The notes under the pieces: model-generated
The model's database searches: none
Seen by the model: the letters and a program-made list of their open reading frames with translations, nothing else
What the model was told of the DNA's origin: nothing
Translations under genes and position numbers: made by a program
Assembly: GCA_963169805.1 (NCBI GenBank)
Contig: CAUJDY010000052.1
Location: 19,579 to 83,578 of the forward strand
From: Bdellovibrionota bacterium
GTDB taxonomy: Bacteria > Bdellovibrionota > Bdellovibrionia > Bdellovibrionales > JAEYZS01
DNA: 64,000 nucleotides
Reading direction: 5' to 3'
Shown: positions 9,097 through 17,942 of the stretch, one piece after another
Layout of the letters: each line of letters starts with the position of its first letter
Numbering within the stretch: the first letter of the stretch is position 1

Positions 9097-10140
9097 CGAC
9101 TGACACTTTTCTGTTTGATCCATATATTTTTTGTAAAGCTTCGGTTGTCCTAATTTATCTAAGTTATATGCATGCCTTCTCATCTCTAGTTCTGCCTCCT
9201 TAACATACGGACAAGCATTAAGAAATGACTGCAATGATTGATCATATTTTTTCAGCTGGAACTGTGCTTTTGCAAGCTCTAAAAAACAATCTCCGGCTTT
9301 TGGATTAATTATTCCACATTGACCGAAATGACTCTCCGACAACTCATAATTCTTAGCATTTTGACTTAGAAGCCCAGCTTCTCTTTGAGTCTGTTCTGAT
9401 TTTTTGAATTGCTTTGCTGCAGAGTAAAGAATTTTTCGCGCTTGATCTTCTGCTTCGGTATACTTAAATGCTAATGCAAGATTAACATGATTTTCTGCTA
9501 CATCAGGAGATTTAACAAGCGCAGATTGGCAAATATTTTTTGCACTATCAAAATACTTTTCTTTTATCTCTATTTTACACATCTCATTGAGCCACTTTGA
9601 TTTTTCACCAAATTTTTCAATTATTTCCAACAATATTAATCTTGCATCATAAGTATTTTTTTTACCAAGATAGAACTGATAAAGAGCTTCGTAGGCTTTC
9701 TCATACTTAGGCGCCTCCGAAATAGCTTGTCTGAAATTCTTGATAACTTCCTCTGTCTTGTTTATCTCTGCATACGCTTCACCTAAACGAACAAAAAAAC
9801 CAGGAGGCTGCTTCCCCATTGTTTTAATAATCTCGAGCGCACGCACCTCTTCTAGATGATCTTGTTTTTCATGAGAGATTTTTGCAATTAGCTCCAGACC
9901 ATCCACACTTTGCGGATCATTTCCAAGGCGTGCATTTTTGATTGCAGATTCATAATCTTTAATCAAAAGATAGTTCTTAGCTAGATCTAGAAAATCTTGG
10001 GGAGCCTTTTTACTTTTTGCGTCTATGTTTTTTATTCTTTGTTTAACCTGTGCGCTTGTAACAATTTTTTTTGCATATAATGAAAATCCAAGAAAGTGTG
10101 TACTCAAAATAAAAAATATCAAAAACTTCATAATTGCCAC
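9061..10140 (-). CDS. Secreted TPR-repeat protein (possible TadD-like accessory factor)
   Basis: Signal peptide without a lipobox Cys, then repeated TPR-like helices with an A/Y/L pattern. It starts 3 nt downstream of the pilin-like gene 10144..11022 and is divergent from the flp operon. Confidence 0.65.
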   Translation of the reverse strand: MAIMKFLIFFILSTHFLGFSLYAKKIVTSAQVKQRIKNIDAKSKKAPQDFLDLAKNYLLIKDYESAIKNARLGNDPQSVDGLELIAKISHEKQDHLEEVRALEIIKTMGKQPPGFFVRLGEAYAEINKTEEVIKNFRQAISEAPKYEKAYEALYQFYLGKKNTYDARLILLEIIEKFGEKSKWLNEMCKIEIKEKYFDSAKNICQSALVKSPDVAENHVNLALAFKYTEAEDQARKILYSAAKQFKKSEQTQREAGLLSQNAKNYELSESHFGQCGIINPKAGDCFLELAKAQFQLKKYDQSLQSFLNACPYVKEAELEMRRHAYNLDKLGQPKLYKKYMDQTEKCQSLWFSEAKKTQK

Positions 10141-10143
10141 CCA

Positions 10144-11022
10144 TCAATCTTTGCTTTTTTGATATTGTAGCACTTGCCCACCAAAGAAAACAACAATTGC
10201 CAAAATCATCCCAATGATCAGAATGTATCTTAAAAAATCTGGTATTGATAAACTCGTGTCATCATCTACTTTTTGTACTCTCTTTTCATCTGTGTTTGTT
10301 GGAACACGCTTGATACTTCTCAAATCTTCACCATCACCTTGAGCTCCTGATGAGGCCACAGATGGTGGAGCTCCCTCACGCTCTTCTTCTTCTGTAGAAT
10401 TGGATCTTCCATAAACAGGAACATATTCTTGCCGTCCAGAATTTTCATTAAAATCCTCTCCCGTTGCATTATTCATAAACACAGGAGGTTGATTCCCGTC
10501 AGAGGAACCAGAACTCTTACTACCACTCGATGTCACCGGAACACGAACCCCTCTTCCTGAAGCCTGGTCTCCAAAATCACCCGAGGAACCCACAGGAATG
10601 AGCGACCCACCGGCTCCTCCCTCTGCTCCAGAACCTGCTTCAAGTTCTGCAACGTTAACAGGAGTAGAACCCCCTCCCTCGGAACCATCACTCCCGCCCG
10701 CAAAACCTTCATCTAAAATTGGAGGTCGTCCTTCCTCAATTGTAAAAGGCTGAAATTCGGATTCACACTCAGATGCATCCGCTCCACCCGTATCGCCACC
10801 CAAGCGCGGAAGCTCTCCTGTTTCAAGTAAACACTGAAAATATGCTCCAAAATAATTATTAACAAAACGACGCGTTCCATCTGCAAGGCCAAAAAGTAAA
10901 CCACCCAATACAATCACTACAACAAAGAGCAACAGCACGTATTCGAGTACAGCCTGCCCTCGTTGATGTATGTTACTAACATAGTGGTTTCTCATTATTT
11001 TCTCATCGTCATTCATACTCAT
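10144..11022 (-). CDS. Prepilin-like protein with G/S/E-rich disordered region and C-terminal TM anchor
   Basis: Flp/TadE-type class III signal: HQRG/QAVLEYVLLLFVVVIVLGG. This is followed by about 200 aa of low-complexity G/S/D/E sequence. The C-terminal hydrophobic helix is FLRYILIIGMILAIVVFFGG, followed by a basic tail. Confidence 0.6.
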   Translation of the reverse strand: MSMNDDEKIMRNHYVSNIHQRGQAVLEYVLLLFVVVIVLGGLLFGLADGTRRFVNNYFGAYFQCLLETGELPRLGGDTGGADASECESEFQPFTIEEGRPPILDEGFAGGSDGSEGGGSTPVNVAELEAGSGAEGGAGGSLIPVGSSGDFGDQASGRGVRVPVTSSGSKSSGSSDGNQPPVFMNNATGEDFNENSGRQEYVPVYGRSNSTEEEEREGAPPSVASSGAQGDGEDLRSIKRVPTNTDEKRVQKVDDDTSLSIPDFLRYILIIGMILAIVVFFGGQVLQYQKSKD

Positions 11023-11086
11023 AAAGTTGAATCAAAATGAGATTTTCTCTCTGAAATTTGAGTCAAAACCAGACCAGACAAACGTC

Positions 11087-11132
11087 TCTAGACAAAAATC
11101 TAGACACAGATTGTTGCTAAACTATTGCTAAA
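11087..11132. promoter_or_regulatory. Two pairs of helically phased direct repeats in the divergent tad promoter region
   Basis: TCTAGACA occurs at 11087-11094 and 11099-11106 (12-bp phase). TTGCTAAA occurs at 11114-11121 and 11125-11132 (11-bp phase). Confidence 0.3.
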
Positions 11133-11209
11133 AATTCTCATTTAAGAACGCACCCACTAAAACCGATAAAGAGTTGATAAACACCAAAAGAAAAAAAGGG
11201 GGAAACATC

Positions 11210-11395
11210 ATGAAAAAACTCAAGAATTTTGCAAAACGCTTTTGCAAAGACGAATCTGCTCAGGGGGCTACTGAGTATATTCTTCTTCTAGTGGTTGTTG
11301 TTGGCTTAATTATGGTTTTTAAAGATCCAATCAAGAGAATGGTCTCTGATAAGTTGGGTCAACTACAAAATCAAATCCAACAAGTGAATCCATAA
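11210..11395 (+). CDS. flp: Flp-family pilin (61 aa)
   Basis: The leader and motif FCKDESAQG/ATEYILLLVVVVGLIMVF closely resemble Caulobacter PilA FLKDESG/ATAIEYGLI. A GGGGGA RBS lies 5 nt upstream of ATG 11210. The track ORF from TTG 11174 is probably an over-extension. Confidence 0.85.
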   Translation: MKKLKNFAKRFCKDESAQGATEYILLLVVVVGLIMVFKDPIKRMVSDKLGQLQNQIQQVNP

Positions 11396-11404
11396 GGTTA
11401 GCGT

Positions 11405-11602
11405 ATGACGACGGAGTTGGCGCTGCTTCTTACAATTTTTATGTTTGTCGTTATTGGAGTCTTTAAAACTCCAACGAAAACATTTGAAGAGGCAGGACCG
11501 CGACTTGGCCTGAGATTAGAAAAACAAATGGAAACTGGCACGGGGTTTAACAAGAAATCTTTTAATACCCCCAAGCCAATTACATGGGGACCAAAAAACT
11601 AA
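11405..11602 (+). CDS. Small leaderless pilin-like hydrophobic-N-terminus protein (65 aa)
   Basis: It begins MTTELALLLTIFMFVVIGVF. An in-frame TAG immediately upstream excludes a longer leader. It sits between flp and the prepilin peptidase gene. Confidence 0.45.
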   Translation: MTTELALLLTIFMFVVIGVFKTPTKTFEEAGPRLGLRLEKQMETGTGFNKKSFNTPKPITWGPKN

Positions 11603-12099
11603 TGTTTGGAACTATTTTACTACCAAGTATTATACTAGCGGTGTCTGCATTTGAAGACATTCGCACGAAGAGAGTAACAAATAAACTTCTTCTAAGTTTA
11701 TTTGCGGTAGTTTTTATTGTTCAGTTATTAGTTTTAAAGCAGTTTGAGTTTGCTGAAAGTATATCTGGAGTCGTAACTGCCTTTCTTCTTCTCTCTCCTC
11801 TATTTTTATTAAAAGCTTTAGGGGCAGCAGACATCAAAGTATTTATGCTTCTTGGTTTTTTAACAGGGCCTTACCAAATTTTGAATATCTTTATATTTAG
11901 CCTTGTATGTGCCGTTATATTTGGCTTTGCAATAGTAGTACAAAAAAAAGGATCTGCTGTTTTTTTCCAAAACATAAAAAATATTTTAACATTCAAAAAA
12001 GACCAGGTTTCAAATCTACAACATATACCGTTTACTGTAGCGCTTTTGGCAGGATGGATATGCTACTTGGTCTACCAATACCATGGGAGGATTATATGA
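11584..12099 (+). CDS. tadV: Flp prepilin peptidase (A24 aspartic peptidase, CpaA/TadV type)
   Basis: Polytopic membrane protein with two catalytic-Asp contexts, FEDIRTKRV and GAADIKVF. An alternative ATG at 11602 would give a TAATG junction with the upstream ORF. Confidence 0.85.
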   Translation: MGTKKLMFGTILLPSIILAVSAFEDIRTKRVTNKLLLSLFAVVFIVQLLVLKQFEFAESISGVVTAFLLLSPLFLLKALGAADIKVFMLLGFLTGPYQILNIFIFSLVCAVIFGFAIVVQKKGSAVFFQNIKNILTFKKDQVSNLQHIPFTVALLAGWICYLVYQYHGRII

Positions 12100-12362
12100 A
12101 TAAAAATCCAACCGTGACAAATAATCAAAAAGGTCAAGTCGCTGTAGAATATATTCTTCTAACAGTAGTTATGGCAGGACTAGCCATCGCTGCGCATAAT
12201 TATATATCAAGCACAAATATGCTAGGTGGATACGTACAAAAACCCTGGCAATTAATATCTAGTATGATTGAGACAGGTGTTTGGGGTGAAGCTCGAGTGG
12301 CTAGGACCCAACACCCAGGCAAACTCTATAGACATTTATCACTTGAGGGAGAGCCAGAATGA
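12096..12362 (+). CDS. Flp/TadE-type prepilin-like protein (88 aa)
   Basis: NQKG/QVAVEYILLTVVMAGLAIA has the canonical G/xxxxEY motif. GGGAGG RBS. ATGA overlap with the tadV stop. The track ORF from 11907 is an upstream extension running inside tadV. Confidence 0.7.
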   Translation: MNKNPTVTNNQKGQVAVEYILLTVVMAGLAIAAHNYISSTNMLGGYVQKPWQLISSMIETGVWGEARVARTQHPGKLYRHLSLEGEPE

Positions 12363-12928
12363 ATTCAAATGGAGGCATAACCCTTGATTTTATTTTTGCA
12401 CTTGTACTGGTACTATCTATGACCTTACTTCTAGGAGTTTTTAGTTTTTCATTAGCAATAATAGAAAGCACTCAGTATATAGCTTACTCCGCATCACGTG
12501 CATATTTTCCTGCTCATATTAATGAGGAGACTCAAAAACGCATGGCTGATGAAAAATTTGAAGAGTTAACAAAATCAAGTGGTTTCAAATCATTTTTAAA
12601 ACCAGACTTATTCAAAATATCTGTGGATCGTATTGGGGATACTGGGGATATCTATCAACGGGCAACAACTAAAGATATTCTAGATGGAGTTAGGCTAAAA
12701 ATTATCTTAGAGATACTTGATATTCAACTACCCGGCCTAGGTACTACTCAAGGGCAACCCTACGAGACTTTTGTTACATCTCTGCTAGGAAGAGAATCAA
12801 CATCTGAAGAATGTCAAAATTTTATGCAACAGCGATTCAATGCTCTACTAAATGTTCCAGGTTCCACATACTCGTCTTCATCAATTCAACCAGAGCAGTA
12901 CTTTGCTTTCGAAGATAACGGATGTTGA
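12359..12928 (+). CDS. TadE/TadF-like pseudopilin candidate (189 aa)
   Basis: N-terminus NGG/ITLDFIFALVLVLSMTLLLG is a pilin-like hydrophobic helix with Asp in place of Glu. ATGA overlap with the upstream gene. Confidence 0.5.
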   Translation: MNSNGGITLDFIFALVLVLSMTLLLGVFSFSLAIIESTQYIAYSASRAYFPAHINEETQKRMADEKFEELTKSSGFKSFLKPDLFKISVDRIGDTGDIYQRATTKDILDGVRLKIILEILDIQLPGLGTTQGQPYETFVTSLLGRESTSEECQNFMQQRFNALLNVPGSTYSSSSIQPEQYFAFEDNGC

Positions 12929-12929
12929 T

Positions 12930-13412
12930 ATGAAAAAAACGAATATTAGAAAAATTATTGAAAATGAAAAGGGAATAGCAACAATGGAGTCAGCTTTGCT
13001 TCTGACAATCTTTGTTGTATTTATGACTTATTGTATTGGTTTCTTTGGCGTAGTTCACTCTGGAATATTAAATTCTATTTCTGCTAGGGCCTACACATTT
13101 GAAACATTTAGAAACAGATCTAATCTAACCTACTTCAGAGATGAATTAGGTACTCAATCATTACACTATAACAAATATGGATTTCGTGCTCATGGAATTA
13201 TATCTGAAAAATCACCTGTTGGGGCAACTGATGGCCAATGGTACGTCACAGAACGAACTATAGCTCAAGGGAAAGAATCTCCTACCGTAACTAACAGAAG
13301 AAATCCAAATCAATTAGATCAAGCATTAAGACGCGAAACAGAAGGCGCCAATCCTGTATGGATTAAAACAACATATGGAATCTGTTTAAATCAAACCTGT
13401 GGGGATGGTTAA
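12930..13412 (+). CDS. TadE-like pseudopilin candidate (160 aa)
   Basis: EKG/IATMESALLLTIFVVF places Glu at +5. The ATG lies 1 nt after the upstream stop. The track ORF from 12852 is an extension. Confidence 0.6.
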   Translation: MKKTNIRKIIENEKGIATMESALLLTIFVVFMTYCIGFFGVVHSGILNSISARAYTFETFRNRSNLTYFRDELGTQSLHYNKYGFRAHGIISEKSPVGATDGQWYVTERTIAQGKESPTVTNRRNPNQLDQALRRETEGANPVWIKTTYGICLNQTCGDG

Positions 13413-13413
13413 T

Positions 13414-14304
13414 ATGAACCAAAATCAAACACGCACATTATGGATATCAATAGGACTTGGTATTTTTTCAATGATTCTAATCTACAGCTATTCGCAAGAG
13501 AAAAAAGCGGAGTACGATAAAAGATATGGTACTTCAAAAAGAATTTTGATTGCAGCCAAAGATATTTTAGAAATGCAAACGATTGATGAAACGATGATTG
13601 AATTTGCAGAAGTTCCTCAGGAGTTTGCCCAACCTGGATCCATAACAGAGCCAGATTTGGTTATTAATCGTGTTGCAGCTACACCTTTTAAAAAAGGCGA
13701 ACAGATATTAAACACCAAAGTACTAAGCCTTGGAGCAAACACTGGACTTTCAAATCAAGTAGCACCAGGAAAAAGAGCTATTTCAATTCCTATTGACGAA
13801 GCCAGAGGTGTGTCAAAACTCGTTCAACCAGGTGATCGAATTGATATTCTTTCAAGCATAGAAGTTGGTAAAGGAATTAATAAAGATTTAGAGGTTAAAA
13901 CAATACTTCAAGATGTGGTTGTTCTAGCTACAGGTTTAAAAATTACAAATAATATTCCAAGAGTTCGAGAAAAAGCAGGATTTTCCAATGAGGAGTTCTT
14001 TAGAAATTTAAATGGAGATACAAGCTTTTCGACAGTTACAATTGAAGTGGATCCTCAAGAAGCACAAAGTTTAGTCTATATAATGGCGACTTCTCCTGGA
14101 AGTTTATTTTTCTCTCTTAGAAATCCAAATGATCGAATCAAAAATACTATTCCAACATCTACAGTAAATTCTGTTTTAGGGAGAGCATCCATACCACAGT
14201 TTACTGCTCCAGCACCGCAACCTGTGGTTCAAAAGCCAGCTCCACTCCCGGTTAAACGTGTCCCTGCAAGCACTCGCAGAGGACCATTCATAGAGGTGAA
14301 ATAA
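13414..14304 (+). CDS. cpaB: Flp pilus assembly protein CpaB/RcpC
   Basis: N-terminal TM, a SAF-like segment (ILIAAKDILEMQTIDETMI) and the RcpC-type GKRAISIPIDEARGVSKLVQPGDRIDIL. The start could also be 13399 or 13405. Confidence 0.85.
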   Translation: MNQNQTRTLWISIGLGIFSMILIYSYSQEKKAEYDKRYGTSKRILIAAKDILEMQTIDETMIEFAEVPQEFAQPGSITEPDLVINRVAATPFKKGEQILNTKVLSLGANTGLSNQVAPGKRAISIPIDEARGVSKLVQPGDRIDILSSIEVGKGINKDLEVKTILQDVVVLATGLKITNNIPRVREKAGFSNEEFFRNLNGDTSFSTVTIEVDPQEAQSLVYIMATSPGSLFFSLRNPNDRIKNTIPTSTVNSVLGRASIPQFTAPAPQPVVQKPAPLPVKRVPASTRRGPFIEVK

Positions 14305-15773
14305 TGAAAACACTCCTCATACTCTTTATTGTAATACTTTTACCCTCAATTGGGTTAGCCCAAGATAATAAAAGTGCTACAAAGAAATTTTTGAATTTAA
14401 CCGTTGGACTTTCCACTGACGAAAAGCTGCCGTTTTTGCCTGATGACCCTCAGTTTACAGGAGACTTTAAAAAAATCACAAAACTCTCTGTAGCAAAAGA
14501 CATGAAAATTCTTAGATTTGATCCAACAGCTGAGGGAGTTGGCACATTAAACGTACTAGATAATCGCGGAAGAAAAGTGGCAGAGTACGTTATAACAATT
14601 AAAAAGAGTAAGCTAGAAAATGTTGTGCGTGAAATGAGAGCTCTTCTTGGAGAAATAGAGGGAATCTCAATTAAAATTATCAACAATAAAGTTGTTGTTG
14701 ACGGAGAAATCTTACTTCCAAAGGATATGAACCGTATTATGAGCGTTGTTAGTCAATACGGAGACCAAGCAGCGACCATAGTCACTTTGAGTCCAATTGC
14801 ACAAAAGAAGATCGCAGAAATTATTGAAAAAGATATCAATAATCCTGAAATTACCGTGAGAGCAGTTAATGGTAAATTTATTTTGGAAGGACTCGCGGGA
14901 TCAAAAGAAGAAAAAGACAGAGCAGAAATTATAGCAAAAACATATGTCCCAGACTATGTTGTTGGTGCAGCAGAAAAAACTGGCGACATTAAGGTACAAC
15001 GATCTCTTCCTGTCTTAAACTTGATTGAATTAAAACCAGCAGGAGAAGCTCCTCCAAAAAAAATCGTACAGCTTGTTGTTCATTATGTTGAGCTACAAAA
15101 AGACTACACGCGTGGATTTAGATTTCAATTCACACCTACACTAGAAGATCAAACCAAAATTGACTTCCAAAGTGGAAGCAGATCACCCTCTGGTTTTATT
15201 ACTTCCATTACTGGTATAGTTTCAAACTTACTTCCCAAGCTGAATTGGGCTAAGGAGCACGGGCACGCAAGAATTCTGCAAACATCCTCTGTTATTGTTC
15301 TAGAGGGACAGGCTGGAAAAATCCAATCCGTTACAAAAGTTCCTTACCAAACGACTGGTGCGCAAGGGCAAATTCAAACTAGTTTTGAAGATGCAGGTAT
15401 CATTACAGATATTACACCTACAATTCCCAATCCGAATTCAGATAGTATAAATTTATCAGTTAGCTTTAAATTAAAAAGCTTGATCGGACAGACAGAAAGC
15501 GGCCCACTCATTTCTGACAACTCAATTCAGACGGCAGTAACAGTTCGCTCATCTCAAAGCGCAGCAATTGGTGGATTAGTTTCTAATTCGAGTGGAACTG
15601 ATTATAATAAATTACCTAAGGGTACTTCTGATAATCCGCTCATCTCTCTCTATTCCTCTAAATTCTTCAGAAGAAATCAGTCGCAGTTCGTTGTTTTTAT
15701 TACGCCAATTATTAAAAATTCAGCTTCTGCAGGCTCTGAAAAAATTAAAGCCAAATTTCGATTAAGAGAGTAA
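14304..15773 (+). CDS. cpaC: Tad secretin CpaC/RcpA
   Basis: Signal peptide, N-terminal BON/N-domain-like region and a C-terminal secretin domain (ARILQTSSVIVLEGQAGKIQSV...VVFITPIIK). Its ATG overlaps the cpaB stop. Confidence 0.9.
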   Translation: MKTLLILFIVILLPSIGLAQDNKSATKKFLNLTVGLSTDEKLPFLPDDPQFTGDFKKITKLSVAKDMKILRFDPTAEGVGTLNVLDNRGRKVAEYVITIKKSKLENVVREMRALLGEIEGISIKIINNKVVVDGEILLPKDMNRIMSVVSQYGDQAATIVTLSPIAQKKIAEIIEKDINNPEITVRAVNGKFILEGLAGSKEEKDRAEIIAKTYVPDYVVGAAEKTGDIKVQRSLPVLNLIELKPAGEAPPKKIVQLVVHYVELQKDYTRGFRFQFTPTLEDQTKIDFQSGSRSPSGFITSITGIVSNLLPKLNWAKEHGHARILQTSSVIVLEGQAGKIQSVTKVPYQTTGAQGQIQTSFEDAGIITDITPTIPNPNSDSINLSVSFKLKSLIGQTESGPLISDNSIQTAVTVRSSQSAAIGGLVSNSSGTDYNKLPKGTSDNPLISLYSSKFFRRNQSQFVVFITPIIKNSASAGSEKIKAKFRLRE

Positions 15774-15776
15774 AAA

Positions 15777-17942
15777 ATGACACAAGGTTCGTACATCATT
15801 TCTATAATAGGAGGAAAGGGCGGAGTTGGGAAATCTGTCTTTGCTGCCAATTTTGCATTGGCAACTCTTAAAGAAATGAAGAGCCGCGTGCTCCTTATGG
15901 ATCTAGACGGTGAATCGTGTGGAGATCAAAATGTCATTCTGGGTGTAAGACCCTTAAAGACCATAGGTGAATTAGCTCAGTCTAATATACAAATTAGTAT
16001 GCAGACAGTTGGTACACTGGTTACAAAGCATAGCTCTGGTCTTGGATATATCGGAGCTGTAAAATCCCCATCAGAACAACTTTCTCTTGCGCCTGAGCTT
16101 ATAGATTCTCCACTTAATCAACTCAGCACTGTCTTTCCATATATAATTTGCGATCTTGGCTGTCACTTAGGTGATTTACAAATGAAGATCTTAGAGAAAA
16201 GTACCTGTATCATTCTAGTGACAACTCCTGAGGTTTTGGCAATTAATCAATCTCTTAAAATGATGAATCAGTTGATTGCTACAACTTTACCTACAGATGT
16301 TTTTCAAATTGTTCTTAATAAAGTTACAAATCAGTCTTTGAATCCACAAATGATTGCGCAAACTTTCAAAAAACAACCTCTTGGTATGATCCCGCAGGAC
16401 GATAATTCTTCATATGCGGCTCTTCAAGCTGGCAATCCAGTTGTTACCATGCAGCCACAATCTCAAATTGCTCAAGCTTATCATGATCTAGCAAGAAGAA
16501 TTACTTCTCCTGCCCTTTTACAAAAACTTGCAAGCCTTTCAAAACCAACAAACTTGGCTAATCCTTTTCAGCAGAATAGCAATGCTGGAAATAAAAATAT
16601 TGTAAGCAAACCCGGCAGCATTGATCGAAAATCTAATCCTAGAAATATTTTTAAAGAGCAAGTTCACAGAGAGCTTATTGAGGCAATGAATCTTCGAAAA
16701 GGTATCACTGAAACAAAGGGTGATCCTGAAAAAGAAAAACAACTGCAAATAAAAACTCAGCAAGCAATTTCTCAGATTGTAGACAAACTTCAGCCAGGAA
16801 TGGCTAGAGATGAGCGATCTCAAATAATGAAAGAAGTTTTAGATGAGGCGCTTGGATTAGGACCTCTAGAAAATTTACTAGATGACGACTCTGTAACAGA
16901 AATTATGGTTAATGGCTTTGATAAAATATTTGTTGAAAGAAGCGGTCGAATACAACTCAGTCCAATCACATTTACCTCTAATGTGCATCTTCGAAATGTC
17001 ATTGAGAGAATCGTAACCCCACTTGGTAGACGCATAGACGAAAAGACTCCTTATGTCGATGCACGATTAAAAGATGGAAGCCGTGTGAATGCTGTTGTCG
17101 AACCAATTGCCATTGATGGGCCGTCATTAACTATTCGAAAGTTTGCTAAAAAACCTGTTACTACTGATAATTATATTCAGTGGGGCTCTCTAACTGAACC
17201 GATGATTGATTTTCTAAGAATCTGCGTAGAAAACGGACTAAATGTCGTTATTTCTGGAGGCACCGGATCTGGTAAAACAACTTTACTTAATGTTATGTCG
17301 AGCTTCATCCCCGCAACTGAAAGAATTGTAACCGTTGAAGATGCTGCTGAGTTGCAATTAAAGCAAGAACATGTCGTCAGATTAGAAACCCGGCCAGCCA
17401 ATATGGAAGGAACTGGGTCTATAACAATTCGCGACCTCGTTAGAAATTCATTACGCATGAGACCGGATCGAATTGTGGTGGGAGAATGTCGAGGAGGCGA
17501 AGCACTTGATATGCTATCTGCAATGAATACCGGCCACGACGGATCTATGACAACTGTTCACGCCAATTCTCCGCGCGAAGCAATTGGAAGACTAGAAACA
17601 TTATGTCTTATGGCAGGGATGGATCTACCTGCTAAGGCAATACGCGAGCAGATTTCAGGTGCTGTTGATTTAATAATTCAGATTTCAAGACTGTCTGATG
17701 GCAGTAGAAAAGTGCTTAGCATCACTGAAGTTGCAGGCATGCAAGGCGAAACCATAACTCTCCAAGAAATTTTTAGATTTAAAGAGGAGGGCTTCGATAA
17801 AAATAGAAAAATCATTGGACAATTTCTAGCATCTGGCTTGATTCCTACCTTTATCGAAGAGTTTGAGCGAAAGGGTATTAAAATTCCAAGAACACTTTTC
17901 TCAAATGACAACAACCTCAAAAAAGTCTCTGGAGGTCGTTAA
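15777..17942 (+). CDS. Fusion protein: TadZ/CpaE-like MinD/ParA ATPase domain + TadA/CpaF secretion ATPase
   Basis: Residues 12-20 are GGKGGVGKS, a deviant Walker A of MinD/CpaE type. Residues ~250-295 are a low-complexity linker. Residues ~295-721 are a complete CpaF: GLGPLENLLDD, Walker A GGTGSGKT at 494-501, RPDRIVVGECRG, GHDGSMTTVHAN. Confidence 0.9.
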   Translation: MTQGSYIISIIGGKGGVGKSVFAANFALATLKEMKSRVLLMDLDGESCGDQNVILGVRPLKTIGELAQSNIQISMQTVGTLVTKHSSGLGYIGAVKSPSEQLSLAPELIDSPLNQLSTVFPYIICDLGCHLGDLQMKILEKSTCIILVTTPEVLAINQSLKMMNQLIATTLPTDVFQIVLNKVTNQSLNPQMIAQTFKKQPLGMIPQDDNSSYAALQAGNPVVTMQPQSQIAQAYHDLARRITSPALLQKLASLSKPTNLANPFQQNSNAGNKNIVSKPGSIDRKSNPRNIFKEQVHRELIEAMNLRKGITETKGDPEKEKQLQIKTQQAISQIVDKLQPGMARDERSQIMKEVLDEALGLGPLENLLDDDSVTEIMVNGFDKIFVERSGRIQLSPITFTSNVHLRNVIERIVTPLGRRIDEKTPYVDARLKDGSRVNAVVEPIAIDGPSLTIRKFAKKPVTTDNYIQWGSLTEPMIDFLRICVENGLNVVISGGTGSGKTTLLNVMSSFIPATERIVTVEDAAELQLKQEHVVRLETRPANMEGTGSITIRDLVRNSLRMRPDRIVVGECRGGEALDMLSAMNTGHDGSMTTVHANSPREAIGRLETLCLMAGMDLPAKAIREQISGAVDLIIQISRLSDGSRKVLSITEVAGMQGETITLQEIFRFKEEGFDKNRKIIGQFLASGLIPTFIEEFERKGIKIPRTLFSNDNNLKKVSGGR

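Noticed and set aside
10380-10800. Locally GC-rich patch in an otherwise AT-rich window, considered as a horizontally acquired insert
   Set aside because: It coincides exactly with the Gly/Ser/Ala/Glu-rich low-complexity region of the pilin-like protein 10144..11022. The composition is explained by codon content, not by foreign origin.
11907-12095. Long N-terminal extensions in the track ORFs starting at 11907, 12852, 21697, 28511, 11174 and 45766
   Set aside because: The extensions run inside or antisense to neighbouring genes. Internal ATGs with good RBSs or ATGA/TAATG junctions (12096, 12930, 21886, 28586, 11210, 45802) give N-termini that match the expected family features: prepilin leaders, DedA, signal peptide and YfiH.
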